DNA of 62,996 nt, filler included. It is 13 parts of 13 records of this genome, joined end to end, with 100 filler letters (N's around TTAATTAATTAA, not from the genome) between each part and the next. Parts side by side here need not be neighbours in the genome. Positions count along the whole stretch, not along the records: positions 19,162 to 26,544 come from SRR7504441_16869; positions 26,645 to 30,906 come from SRR7504441_16872; positions 31,007 to 34,297 come from SRR7504441_16873; 10 more parts are not named here. One strand, given 5' to 3'. The notes under the pieces are model-generated. The model worked only from the letters and a program-made list of their open reading frames with translations, was not told the origin of the DNA and ran no database searches. Below are positions 23,036 through 34,397 of the stretch, one piece after another; position 1 is the stretch's first letter, and each line of letters begins with the position of its first letter. A program made the position numbers and the translations under genes.

Positions 23036-24028
23036 TTATTTCCGTACCAACAACGCGACCACCAAGGCCACAAGCACAATCACTAGACCGGTTAGCTTGT
23101 GGATCGAGCAGCCACTGTCATCCAAGTGCACCGGGTCACCAACCGCGACCCGCCCCGCCTGTACCACGCGTGCATAGATGCCTAGAAACGGGCCGTGCTC
23201 CGGGAAATGCTGCCGCAGCAGTGCCGGCACGTCGTGGTCGGTAACACCCGAGCCGCTCCTCGCGTCTACGTTGGTTGCCTGGCAGCGCACCGTCCGTGCC
23301 AACACCTCCAGCACCGCGTCGCCCACTCGTATGCGCTTGCCCACCCACCCGAACTCCTGCCACGGCGCGACGCCCTCAATCACTATATTTGGTCGAAACC
23401 TCGTCGGCGCCAGCAATGGCAAACAGCCTGCCGCTTCCGAGAGCGCCCGCACGGTAGCTGCGTTGACCAGGTGTATGACGCAGCCGCTGCGGTCGCCATC
23501 GGGCTGCTCCGCCGTCTTGAACGCACGCGGCGTGTTGCCAAAGTGGTGCGGGCCAGCAGCAGACTGTACGAGCTGGACGGGCCGTGCGTTGCTCGGGAGA
23601 CCCGAGAAGAAGCGACCGACCGCATCGCAGCCGGCCGTTGTGTCGAGGCGCTGCTGCAGCAACACACTACCATCAGCCTTCCGGTGGGTTGCTCGGTCGG
23701 CCGGTGTGGCGTTGGGCGAATGCCGCCGCTGCCGCCGCCGTACAGTGAGCGTGCAGGTGTGGTCCTCAAATGTGGTCTCCAGCCCGCCCAGCAGCTCCCC
23801 AGCGGTAAATGCGCAGAGGAAGCACTGTTTATGCACCCATTGTGGCTGCTGTGGGTCGAAGCGGCGCACTGGCGCCTCAGGCAGGTCCGGCTCGGGTGGG
23901 TCGTCGAAAAGGAGCGCCCAGCGCCGGTCGGAAGGCAGCCCGAGGCCCGGCGCGAGCTGCGCGTGCGGGAGCTCGTCCCGGTCCAGGCCCTTGACGGCGA
24001 ACCGCCACAGGTGCGTGACGCGGGCCAT
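23036..24028 (-). CDS. MOSC-domain protein (MOSC_N + MOSC) with C-terminal TM
   Basis: LWRFAVKGL, SDRRWAL, RFRPNIVIEG, RTVRCQATNVD and GIYARVVQAGRVAVGD; hydrophobic tail LVIVLVALVVALLVRK. Confidence 0.9.
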   Translation of the reverse strand: MARVTHLWRFAVKGLDRDELPHAQLAPGLGLPSDRRWALLFDDPPEPDLPEAPVRRFDPQQPQWVHKQCFLCAFTAGELLGGLETTFEDHTCTLTVRRRQRRHSPNATPADRATHRKADGSVLLQQRLDTTAGCDAVGRFFSGLPSNARPVQLVQSAAGPHHFGNTPRAFKTAEQPDGDRSGCVIHLVNAATVRALSEAAGCLPLLAPTRFRPNIVIEGVAPWQEFGWVGKRIRVGDAVLEVLARTVRCQATNVDARSGSGVTDHDVPALLRQHFPEHGPFLGIYARVVQAGRVAVGDPVHLDDSGCSIHKLTGLVIVLVALVVALLVRK

Positions 24029-24121
24029 GCACGCCTTGGGACGGCAGTGCAGCAGAGTGCTCGACGTATTGCCGTTAGAACTTTGCCGGTGATCCCGGAG
24101 CTGCGCGCCGATGATGATGAA

Positions 24122-25912
24122 ATGGAGCCACTGATCCCGGAGCTCCCGGAGACGGCGGTGGCCGATCCTCCCGGGGCGGAGCCGGCGGTGGAGCAGGCCG
24201 GGCGGGTTCCGCGCCGGATCTGGGTGCTGCTGCGGTACTGCGATCACTGGCTCATCCCTCTGACCGCCGCGGCTGTGCTTGGGCCCGGCTGGCCGCTGGT
24301 CTGGCACTACCGGCTAGGCGGCTCCGGGGTCAGTGAGGTCGAAGCGTGGTACCTCACCCCGTTCGCGCTGTTCAACCTAATCTTCGTCTTCATCTCCCGT
24401 TTCGGCCGGCGGCTGCGGTTGTTTGACGCCTCCAGCGATTTCGCCGCGGTCGGGTCGGTTGCCCAATGGTGGAGTCCCGAGCCGCCGAGCCTGCACTGCC
24501 CGCGCCCGGCTCAGATTGACACGAAAGGGCTCGGGCGGCTCGGTTCGAACGAGTCGTCCAGCTCGGTGGAATCTCCCATCGAGACAGGGCTGCAGGCGGC
24601 TCGCAAGGTGAGTCTGAACACGCAGGATGTAGGGGAGTTCTTTAGAGTGGGCTCGTTCCGTCGGGCGCGGCGGCCGAGCCTGGAGGCGGCGGTGGCGAGG
24701 ATTGAGAGGACCGAAGGCCGGTGCGAAGAGGTGCAAGGGGCGGCGGTGAGCGAGAGGATGTTCCGGCCATCCATGGGTGAGTGGCTGCTGAGTGTAGGCG
24801 TGACCGTGTGGTGGCTCGGGCTGCCAATGATACCGGGGCTGTTCCGGCTGGCAAACAATCAGCAGTTCATGGGAGATAGCCTGGCTGACAGGTGCGTGGT
24901 TGGGTGGAATATACTGGCAAGTCTGCTACTTGGGTCTGTGTTCATCCCTGGCGCCGTCGTGTTGTGGTACACGGTAGATCATCGCCGCCGGATAGACCAG
25001 TTGCAGCATAAGTCAGGTAAGAAATAAGCGCATTGATCCGATCAGTGATCCGTTGGGTGCTAGATACGGTCAACTCCGAAGCAACGCTGCTGGAGTGGCA
25101 TTCAATGATCTCCTACCACCTTCGCAAGGCTAACAGCATCTTCAACACAGGAGTCAACTCCATCGTGCCCGCATATATAGGCCTGCACGCTCACTTGGGG
25201 TAGGCATTCGTCTGGCTGCTGCTGTTTGCACTGGGCTCGTCTGTTGTGTCTTTCGTTTGGGCACTCCGGGTCGGGTTTTTGTGGAGTCCAAACTTCCTCG
25301 TAATGTTCACTGCGGCACTCGGGCTCAATATCTACATTCTAATTATTCTTTGGCGGTGGGCAGCGATAGCTTGCCTAGGCTGAGCCTATGTGGTAGCGCG
25401 ACGCAAGTAGCTGTTGGGTTTGAGGATGCGATTGAGTGTCTGCAGACTCGATTTTGTGATTCTACCTTCATGTTGCACGCCAATGCCGTCAAGACAGGCG
25501 CAACAGCCAAGGCCTAGTCTGGGCGTAACCGGCGACAGGCTGGGTCAAGCTACGACAGAGCAACCAGCCAGATCCAGAGCACAGGGCGTGCTGGCTCGTA
25601 GAGTGCGCCAGACTTGGCCAGTTCTATTCTGTGTTCGGAAAGGTGCACCGCATCGCTAGTCAGGACGAGCTGTCTGCTGAGGACAAGCGACTGATTGACA
25701 GCTTGCTGCCCCAGTCGACGCTGTTAGAACCCAAACCGTTACTAAGCTCGCCGCTGCTGAGCTTGATTCTGCAATACTGGTCAGCCAAAGGCAGGTTTAC
25801 CGGGATTTCTGTATACAATGTTGTGTCGATTGATCGGAGCAAGCTTCGGACTCTTGCAGCGCTAATGATATCAAACACGATCGCGTATTCAGTCCGCAAA
25901 TTCTATTCGTGA
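24122..25912 (+). CDS. Multi-pass membrane protein, probable 7TM ion-channel chemoreceptor superfamily (GRL/DUF3537-like)
   Basis: About 7 hydrophobic segments after splicing, no signal peptide. C-terminus LILQYW..TGISVYNVVSIDRSKLRTLAALMIS resembles the DUF3537/GRL TM7 signature GITVxGxxLDRxxL. Confidence 0.55.
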
Positions 25913-26255
25913 TTAAAAAAGTAGTGCTTACATGGATCCGCCTATTGACATTTGTTGGTCATGACCATGACGTTTACCGGTAGTTACTTGTCTACGCTTG
26001 CCGAGAAGCAGCTGAGGAACAGCTGAGGTTTCAGTTAATTTATTTTGTGCAGCGGTGATTACTTGTCGTCGACGCTCGTCGCTCGAGTACGTATTTATTC
26101 ACGATTTCTTCTGTCACCGGACGATCTACTAATTATAATAATGCTTCTACCAGTACAGGCATTGAATGCTTCGAACCACAAGTCTACCGACCGATGATTC
26201 CGTGCTTGTATGAGAATGCGCCCGAAAACAAACCTAGATACGTATCAATGAGTAA

Positions 26256-26544
26256 TCAATGAGATGGTTGCGGTCGGGAGTGTGTTGGAGTCAGCTGAAG
26301 CCAACTCGAAGAATGGTACACGTCGTCCTCGTAGTGCACAACCGCCATACCGCGTGGGTTCAGCGGCCCGCCCACAGTGTGTATCTCTGAGTTGCTTCGC
26401 ACATGCAAGCCATCCGCTAATCGAAGCATCTGCACACGGTTGTTGCCAGCATCAGCCACCAACAGGTTGCCCTTCCCGTCCACAGCCACACCCATTGGAT
26501 AGTTGAACATGCCGGGTTGTCTTCCGTGACTCCCGATCGTCCGG
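26256..26544 (-). CDS. NHL-repeat protein, C-terminal fragment
   Basis: IGSHGRQPGMFNYPMGVAVDGKGNLLVADAGNNRVQM and LNPRGMAV; the 3' boundary is approximate. Confidence 0.85.
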
Positions 26545-26644
26545 NNNNNNNNNNNNNNNNNNNNNNNNNNNNNNNNNNNNNNNNNNNNTTAATTAATTAA
26601 NNNNNNNNNNNNNNNNNNNNNNNNNNNNNNNNNNNNNNNNNNNN

Positions 26645-27349
26645 GGCCTCCAGCCGCTTCACTGTGCCCTCGTGCGCTGCTCGCTCAGCTTCCTGCTCGG
26701 CACTCCGGCGCCCCATTGCAGCCTTTTGCCCCTCGAGCTCTATCACGGTCTGCGTCAGACGCTTTGCCCCTGCCTGCCCCTTAACTATTTCGGCCTCGAG
26801 CCTCTTCACGTCCTGCTCCAGCCGCTCGATTTCGGTCTGCAGTGCGCTCATCAGCGTCAGCTTCTGGGCGTGAGCGCTCTCCAGCCGGACGTTGGCGCGC
26901 TGCACCGACTGGCGGTCCGCGGCAAGCACAGCCTCCCGCCACCGGCTGACTGCTCGGGCCGGGCCGCCCATCTCGGTCAGGTTCCAGAGGCAGAGCCGCA
27001 TCAGCCGAGCCCCGGTCTCGCGGGCCCATCGCTGCTCCTGCCGCTGCTCCCTCTGGCGGGAGGAGCTGTCTAGCGAGCCGAGCAGCTCCCTGAGCGCGTG
27101 CAGGCTCTCCTCGCTGGCGGCCTCGCGCTCCTCGAGCAGCCGCCGGAGCTGGTCGGTCTCTTGCTCAGCCTGGTGCAGCCGCCGCCGCAGCCGCCGCTCG
27201 GCGCTGATCCGGCGCCATTTCCAGAGCAGCCGATGCGACCAGCCCAACAGGCTCTGCCGGGCGAACTTGCGCTGGGCAGCGGTCCCGTCCGGGCTCAGCA
27301 GTCCACTGAACATGTCATCCCCGGCCAACTGTCGGTTGACCGTTGTCAT
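26645..27349 (-). CDS. Coiled-coil protein, 3'-truncated
   Basis: ATG ORF open to the gap; heptad-rich (LQTEIERLEQDVKRLEAEI). Confidence 0.65.
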
Positions 27350-27691
27350 GAGGAAGAGCGGACTATCAAGCTACTCGTAGACCGCAAGTGCTTGACGTGC
27401 GCTAATCACGAGGATGCGAGGATGACGCGGTTGATCTCAATGCACTGAATGAGACGCCAGCCTTTATACTTAGTAGCATGCGCTGACCTGACGCATTCGC
27501 TCAGAACTGAGTACGTATGGCTGCATTGAACCGCAGACACCTGTCAAGTTTATTGTACATTCCATCCTTTGCATAAAATTTATGAATCCTAGAGTGGCTC
27601 GATTCTCTCGGCGAGCAGCTTAGCTTGTTGCACCACATGCGCTGGCATCCCTGGGTTGACTGCTAGGCCTGCGCCCCCGTGTCAGTCCCAC

Positions 27692-28975
27692 TCACCGCCT
27701 CGCGCCACCTTTGGCCACCCGCGCAGCCGGCTCTAGCGCCTCTGGACCGCACCGGTCCGCCAGCTGATTGAGAGCAGTCAGCGCCCACCCAACCACGTGG
27801 TGCTGTTCGGCCGGGCCGCACAGCCGCTCCGGCTGTAGCCCGGCTGGGGGGAGGTCTGCTACCGCCCAGCAAGCAAGCACTTGCCCGACTGTGGCAGCTA
27901 GCTCGGCCTCGGGAGCCTGCTCGGCCGTTGGCACCAGCAGAGCCACCGCCCAACAGAGCTGGCCGACCACCGAGCCGGCGGGCACCGGCAGCCCAGCCCA
28001 CCGGCCGGCCGACAGCTGGTCAATCTGCACCAGCAGCCCCAATAGCACTCGCAAGTCGGCCCCGATCAGCCGCTCCTTGAGCTCGCCCAGCCAGCGCTCC
28101 AGCAGTTCCCACCCGGGCCGCACCTCCGCCCGCTCCCGCCGGGCCCGGCATTCGGCTGCCACCAGCGCCGCGCCGGCCAGCCGGGCTAGCTCCGCCCAGC
28201 CCTCGGACCTGATCTGGTTGAGCTCGGCCCTGAGCCCCTCCAGCTGCCCGGCCTTGAGATGGCCCACCCACCGCTCCAATCTGTCCGTACTCGCCCGCGG
28301 ATCGACCCACCGGTGCTCGGCGATAGCAGTCTCGAGCCGCTCCACTGCCCGAGCCAGGTCGAGTGCCTTCCACACGGCAGGATCGGGCGTCCTCGCCGGC
28401 CCGACCGGGTCCAGCCCTCCAAAGGCCACCGCCACCGCTTCAAGCAGCGCATCGGCCGCCGCTGAACGGAGCCCCGGATCCGGGGCGGGCGACACGGCCG
28501 GCGCCGGAGAGCTCGGCTGGGGGGGCGGCCGGGCCACTGAGAGCTCGCCGCCGCAGAGAGGACAGCGGGGCTGCCACGGGCGGGGATCGGCGCCGGAGCG
28601 GAACCAGCAGCCGTCGCACTGGAGGCAGAGCATGGCCACCGCCTGCTCGGGCCGGCCGGTCGGGGCGGACTTGCCGCCAAACTGGCCGCCCGGCCGCGGA
28701 TAAGGGTCCCCCGACCGCCAGCGCTCAACCCGACCGACCTCGGACGGGGCGCATCGGCGGTCAACCCAGTCCGGCGGCCGGCGGGCCGGCTCCGGGAGCG
28801 GGAGCCGGTCGTTGGCCGGCAGTCGGTGCTCGCACCGGGCGTACCGGCTGCCGGTCGAGTGCGGACGGCCGTGCCGGCAGCCGAGGCAGCACCAGCCGTG
28901 CGTCTGCTGGGTGTGGGCCAGGTAGCGACAGCCCGGCCTACGGCAGGGAGCCATCGACGGCTGCGAGTTGCCCAT
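27692..28975 (-). CDS. Hypothetical protein with MGNS myristoylation-like start and Cys/His zinc-binding motifs
   Basis: CRRPGC..H..CCLGC..H..C and CLQCDGC..CPLC motifs, followed by a helical C-terminus. Confidence 0.55.
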   Translation of the reverse strand: MGNSQPSMAPCRRPGCRYLAHTQQTHGWCCLGCRHGRPHSTGSRYARCEHRLPANDRLPLPEPARRPPDWVDRRCAPSEVGRVERWRSGDPYPRPGGQFGGKSAPTGRPEQAVAMLCLQCDGCWFRSGADPRPWQPRCPLCGGELSVARPPPQPSSPAPAVSPAPDPGLRSAAADALLEAVAVAFGGLDPVGPARTPDPAVWKALDLARAVERLETAIAEHRWVDPRASTDRLERWVGHLKAGQLEGLRAELNQIRSEGWAELARLAGAALVAAECRARRERAEVRPGWELLERWLGELKERLIGADLRVLLGLLVQIDQLSAGRWAGLPVPAGSVVGQLCWAVALLVPTAEQAPEAELAATVGQVLACWAVADLPPAGLQPERLCGPAEQHHVVGWALTALNQLADRCGPEALEPAARVAKGGARR

Positions 28976-29103
28976 GCTTCCCCGGGCTAAGCTCCAGCCG
29001 CACACTCGCGCTGCACGGAGCCCTGTCTCTTCAAAAACGAAGCCGTTGAGACGCCGTGTACTGACCGATTATTACACTACTATTTGTAAACAGCTAAGTA
29101 TCG

Positions 29104-30906
29104 TCATCGAATTGAATCATTATGCGGATCATCCCACAATGGCGCTGATTCCAAGAACGCCGACCAGCTCTTTGGCGGGTGTTTGAACCCCAGCTTGTCT
29201 ACCCGCATACAAGGCCCGGAATGGTCCCAGCACTCCCAAGGCCGTCGCACATCGCTCCCAAAATTGTAACCAAACCAGCTGCCATCCGCATCGAGCACAA
29301 AATAGGCATCGACCCCATCGCCAGACTCTAATACCACAGGGAGGTCGAGCGGTTGGGGATTAAAATTGATTGTGACTCGCGTGGCTCCAGGCTCCAGATC
29401 GCAGCACACCGATCCGTTCTTGGGAGCTTGCGCCGCCCAGCTCCGGTTAAAATACCAACCGTCATACTCGACCCGATACTCGACTCGCATCCCGCCGCCT
29501 CTGATCCGCGACCTTAGCTGCAGCCTGCCACGATCCTGCCAGCTGAACGGGAGGTGCTTGAATCCTAGCTTGTCCAACCGCTGGCCAGCGTGATCCCAGC
29601 CCTCCCAGCGCACATCATGCGCCTCGCCCTCAGCCAGCCCGAAATTGTACCCAGCAGAACACCACGACCCGAATGCCGACCCTCGCAAGATAAAGTAGCA
29701 GTCCGCGTTGTCACCAGCTTCTATGAGAATCTCTTCGCGAGGCTTGCCGTCCGCCCATGGGCAGCCGGGCAGCCGGCGGTTGACTTTGTTGACAGATCGA
29801 CCGCCCCAAACAGTGAACCAGACCAGCACATTCCGAGCCCCAAGCTCAAGCTCGCAGCACGCCCTATTGGAGCGCTCGGACCGCCACGACCGGCGGAACT
29901 TTAGGTCAAACGTGTCGTATTCCACATGCATGTAACGCTTGGCGGCGTGACTGCCTACCTGCACCCGAAGTGAGAGCTGGCCCGTCTGCAACATGGTGTG
30001 CTAGGGCGGGCGGCACCATCTGAAGTCTCCCAGCGCGCCGCCCCCCGCGTCGGGCCGTGCCTCGACCCTGCGAAAGCGTAGGCAGACTAGCCATCCCCTC
30101 TGACATTGCCCCGATTGGATTCATATCTGCCGATGACCCGCCGGATTGCCTAGCTGCGTCCAGTGTGGTAGTGACGGCGTTACGAGTGAGCATGCCCGCA
30201 GCTACGCTCGGCCTAACAGCCAATACACTCGAGGTCTCTGCAAAGACAGAACTCGCCGCCACCGCCGACACTGTCCACGCGCCCAGCCCGCCTGTACCCG
30301 GCTGCGAGTGAGAGCCCGGCACCGCTGGGGCAGCCACCTGCCAGTGCACCGATCCCGGCCCCAAGCCCGGCTGACGTGCACCACTCCCTGCTGGACAGCC
30401 CGTGCATGTCATTCGCGCGGTGCTCTAGCTTAAGGTTGTCAAACATCGTGCACTGCCCGGCGCCTGCGAGCGCCCCACCCACCACCCCGACTGCCACCAC
30501 CAGCACCGAGCTGATCAGCATTTGGCGCCGCCAGGTCGGATCTGGGCAGGTGAGCCCATGCCACACGTCCTCTTTCAGCTGCCGCCAGAAAGGCCCCGTG
30601 AGCAGCTTACGCCATGAGTTGCTCCGAATGTGCCGGTCGTACCGACGCTTCTTCTCCTGGTCGTGGAGCACGCCATAGGCCACAGTGAGCCGCTGGCAGT
30701 ATCCGAGCGCTGACTGCTGGTCGGCGGGCGTCATCTGGAGGATTTTGTCGGGGTGGTACATCCGGACCAGCGCGAGGTAGGCCCGTCGGATCTGTACTGA
30801 CTGTTCTGAGCTAGGCAGCCGCCACAGGTCCTCTTTGCACAAGCCGAGTGTCTCGTATAAGTCGATCCCCTCCTCCAGAGACGGAGCCCGCTCAGAGGGC
30901 ACCAGC
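29104..30906 (-). CDS. DnaJ domain + Gly-rich hydrophobic segment + two copies of an unrecognised domain; 5'-truncated
   Basis: J domain DLYETLGL..IRRAY..YHPDK..AYGVLHDQEKKRRYD. Introns 30292-30337 and 29986-30016 keep frame into ORF 29104-29994, which has an internal duplication. Confidence 0.65.
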
Positions 30907-31192
30907 NNNNNNNNNNNNNNNNNNNNNNNNNNNNNNNNNNNNNNNNNNNNTTAATTAATTAANNNNNNNNNNNNNNNNNNNNNNNNNNNNNNNNNNNNNN
31001 NNNNNNCTCCTGTTGACCTGGGCCGGGTCAGGCACCGGAGGGGAAGTGGCACGACGGGGGTCGCTGGGCACCTCCCATTGAAGGGGGTCGCTGGGCACCT
31101 CTAGCACCAAAGTGAGTGCCTGTAGTGTTTCACTTGGGCTCAGCTTTTATATGCAACTTGCTATTAAAATCATGCTGTAATCATGCTGCGGG

Positions 31193-32833
31193 CTACTCTA
31201 CAACCGACGATTCAGCACGAATGGCGATGGGTTGCTCGAGGTCACTCGCCCTAGTTTTCTTGCTCGTTGGCTCCTCGTTATGCTCTCGGCTCGGCTCGCG
31301 CGGCTGGCGCAATCTAAAGTGAAGCGCCACGCCCGCCACCAGCGCTACAAGGCTCAGGCAGGCGCACACCACGTGCGTCAGCCTGAAGCATTCGATCCCG
31401 GCGCACTCAGCTCCGGGCGGCTTGTGCGCCTGGTAGACTGCCGGCTCGAGCCAGTTGCTCAGCAGCAGCACTCCGCCGGCCGCGAGGCACACAATGCACC
31501 CAAAGATCGACCCGACGTGCTTGAGCCCGAACACGCGACTGCTCAGCCAGGGCGCCGCGGTCCACACGCAGCCGTCACTCAGCCCAAGCAGCACGCAGCT
31601 CACCAGGATCATCGGGGCGTAGTCCAGGCAGAAGCCGGCCTGGGCCAGCGCCGACAGCCCGGCCCCGATCAGCAGGTAGGCCACCTTGGGTATCGACTCC
31701 AGCTCAAACATAGCGAGCCCCACAGTCAGCCGGGCCACAGCGGAGGTGGCCATCGCTATCACCACGGCCACGTTGCCCACCTGCACCGGGTCGGACCAGT
31801 ACCCGCCATTCCTGTCCTTGACGATCGTGGTCAGGTTGTTCAGGACCGTCACGGTGCTCCCGACGCAACACGCGATCACAGCCACCAGCAGCCAGAACTC
31901 TCGCCAGCACACCGCCTGGCCCAGCCGGACCGCCGGGAGCTCGGGCCCGGCCAGCGGCGCGTACTGGTCCTCGGGCCCGACGCCCACCGGGAGCGCGGCC
32001 ATTAGGGCGACGAGCAGCAACAGCACGAGCAGTGCGAGCAGGCCCCAGCAGGCGAGCTGCACAGTCCACAGCTGGCCGGGCAGGCTGACCCGGGAGAGGT
32101 TGCACAGCACCACCAGCCCGAGCACCAGCAGCACCCCGGCCAGGCAGCGCTTAAAGTGCGGCCGGAAGTGGCCCGGAACGCTCGGAGCCGGAGGCCCAAA
32201 CGGGACCAGGCAAGCCAGCACCAGCACCGGGCACACTATCGACATCAACCCAATGTAGTGCGCCACGTCGCCGTCCGGGAACCCGCCGCTGCACCGGTAC
32301 TGCCCGCTCTGGCTGTCGTGCACGGCCTGGCCCCCGATACAGCTGTAGAGCAGCGTGGCCCAGATCGTCGGGCCCATCCCGAAGCTCATGATTAGCAACC
32401 CGAGCACGTACGCCCGGTCGGCCGCATTGAACTGCCGGGCCACGAAGAAGAGCGAGGCGTTGTACACCCAGCCCGACCCGTGACCCACCAGGAACCAGGC
32501 CGCGCAGCACACCGGCGGACTCACCCAGCTGGCCTCCGGCGAGAGCAGCGCCCTGTAGAATAACTGGTACCCGCCAAGCAGGAGCACCGCGGCGCCCGCC
32601 ATCGTCACCCGGGCCCCGAGCCGGCTGTCTGCCATCAACCCACCCACCGCCGAACCCGTCCACAGCCCGCAATTGCCGCTCACCCCGATCGCCTCCTTGG
32701 CGGCCTCCGAGAGCATCAGCCGCTCCTTGACATCGTCCGACAGGGTGCCGAATCCGTAGATCGCCCCAGCCACGATCAGCAGCGGGATGGCGCACCCCAG
32801 CGCCCACCAGCGGCTCCAGCCCACAGCTGCCAT
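31193..32833 (-). CDS. MFS transporter, nodulin-like/MCH1 type; uninterrupted ORF
   Basis: 546 aa, about 12 TM; IYGFGTLSDDVKERL, GGLMADSRLG, REFWLL and C-terminal CAGIECFRLT. Confidence 0.88.
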   Translation of the reverse strand: MAAVGWSRWWALGCAIPLLIVAGAIYGFGTLSDDVKERLMLSEAAKEAIGVSGNCGLWTGSAVGGLMADSRLGARVTMAGAAVLLLGGYQLFYRALLSPEASWVSPPVCCAAWFLVGHGSGWVYNASLFFVARQFNAADRAYVLGLLIMSFGMGPTIWATLLYSCIGGQAVHDSQSGQYRCSGGFPDGDVAHYIGLMSIVCPVLVLACLVPFGPPAPSVPGHFRPHFKRCLAGVLLVLGLVVLCNLSRVSLPGQLWTVQLACWGLLALLVLLLLVALMAALPVGVGPEDQYAPLAGPELPAVRLGQAVCWREFWLLVAVIACCVGSTVTVLNNLTTIVKDRNGGYWSDPVQVGNVAVVIAMATSAVARLTVGLAMFELESIPKVAYLLIGAGLSALAQAGFCLDYAPMILVSCVLLGLSDGCVWTAAPWLSSRVFGLKHVGSIFGCIVCLAAGGVLLLSNWLEPAVYQAHKPPGAECAGIECFRLTHVVCACLSLVALVAGVALHFRLRQPREPSREHNEEPTSKKTRASDLEQPIAIRAESSVVE

Positions 32834-33048
32834 GTCTCTTCAGCCCCCGGAGGTGCGGGTTGGTTACCTCTGTTGTTAAATTTCGTAAATTAAATAGCCA
32901 TGGTGTCGACCGCTTTACTTGCTTTACGACCGCTTCTGACAAAGATTCGAATTCAAATGGGGAGCGCACTACATGCATTTAATTGGTAGAAGCCTGCTGT
33001 GCATGCTGATTGCACATGCCGACCCATGCCGATTGCATAGTTATGAAG

Positions 33049-34186
33049 TCACACGCTTTGAGTTGCAAAGCTTTCCATCTCTGTGATAATTAGCTCGCTC
33101 CAAGGTGTGTTCGTGTTCATCGGGGCCCACGCGGTACCGTGTGCCGGTGCCGACAGGCATTGTCCTCCGTTGCTCCAGGAAGTGCACGTGGTCGCACATG
33201 CGTTGACAGAGGGGTCAGCACACCTGCCACCAAAGCAGCCACAGCTCACACACATCCGACTCGGCTCGAGCTATACGGCAGGGTGAGTGTGGCAGGGGTT
33301 CGCCACACCTCACATACATGTTGTCATCCAGGTCTATGATGCTCTGCACCTGACACTCTTGCTCCTGGCGGCTGAGCTCAGAGCGATCGTGCAAGGGTCA
33401 AACCTTGAACTCATAGGTACCATTCGCATACTTCCACATGATGTTGTTGCAGACAGTGAGCTTGATGTAGTTTATGGCAACCTTGTACCGCAGATAGGTG
33501 GTGCCTGCCAAACGTTCCTTTGGCCCACAGGCAGTTGGATTGCACCTATTTTGTTGTCGACCCTCGGATACTCTAGCTGCACCCTCTTCCCTTTCTTCAT
33601 AGTGGCCAGGCAACGGCTGCTCTGCATTCCCAGGACACCGGAAGCTTTGAGCGCCTCGCCCTGAGCAGCCACGGCGCGCAGGGCTGAGGTGCTGGCCGGC
33701 GTGTAATGGTCTCCCGGTGATCGTTGATAGAATCGGATTTGGCGGGTCAAGACATCTCCGTCATTCATCCCGGCGAACAATGGGGCCATCGCGCTGCTGT
33801 TCACGCAGGCGGTGTCGGCCGCAGCTGGTGCTCGCATCTTGACGCAAAGATCGCCATCCGAGGTTGCAAACACACTGTCTGTGCCGCTAGTGCCGCCACA
33901 CATGAGCGTCCCGAGCCTGGCCAGGATCTGATTCGCCGTCTCGCCCACCCCGCCGCCCAGTTCGGCCACTTGGCTCTCGCCCAGCCTCTCAGACAGGTCT
34001 AACTCCTCGAGCTCGTCGTTCCCTGTCCCGCAGCTTAGAGCCCAGGCTGCAGCCCGGCATACCGGCGCGGTTGTTGCCGCCGGACCAGGAGGTGGCGCTG
34101 CCGGCAGTGTAGGTGCTCTGGCCCCGCCGGCCCTCGCAGGCGGCGAGCACGAGGGCCAGACACAGCAGCCAAGCAACCCTCGCCAT
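33049..34186 (-). CDS. Secreted Cys-rich protein with precursor-like N-terminus, multi-exon
   Basis: Signal peptide MARVAWLLCLALVLAACEG. A 40-nt intron gives NNRA|GNDELEEL. Cys-rich end CVSCGCFGGRCADPSVNAC. Confidence 0.6.
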
Positions 34187-34397
34187 GGGCGCCGCTCTTC
34201 TTGATCTGACCTCCGGTGAGATCGATTTATGAACTGAAGATCCAACCACTCACTGCAGCTGGCAGCTGCCAGCTGACTGCACTCACCCGGCGGCGGGNNN
34301 NNNNNNNNNNNNNNNNNNNNNNNNNNNNNNNNNNNNNNNNNTTAATTAATTAANNNNNNNNNNNNNNNNNNNNNNNNNNNNNNNNNNNNNNNNNNNN

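Noticed and set aside
23195-24121. N-terminal extension of the 610-aa plus ORF (likewise 59775-60287 of the 599-aa ORF)
   Set aside because: Antisense shadows of the MOSC and pLGIC genes in GC-rich DNA; the real starts are 24122 and 60288.
31056-31101. 19-bp direct repeat GGGGGTCGCTGGGCACCTC twice, as a CRISPR-like or TSD element
   Set aside because: Only two copies 8 bp apart near a contig end; consistent with a simple tandem duplication.
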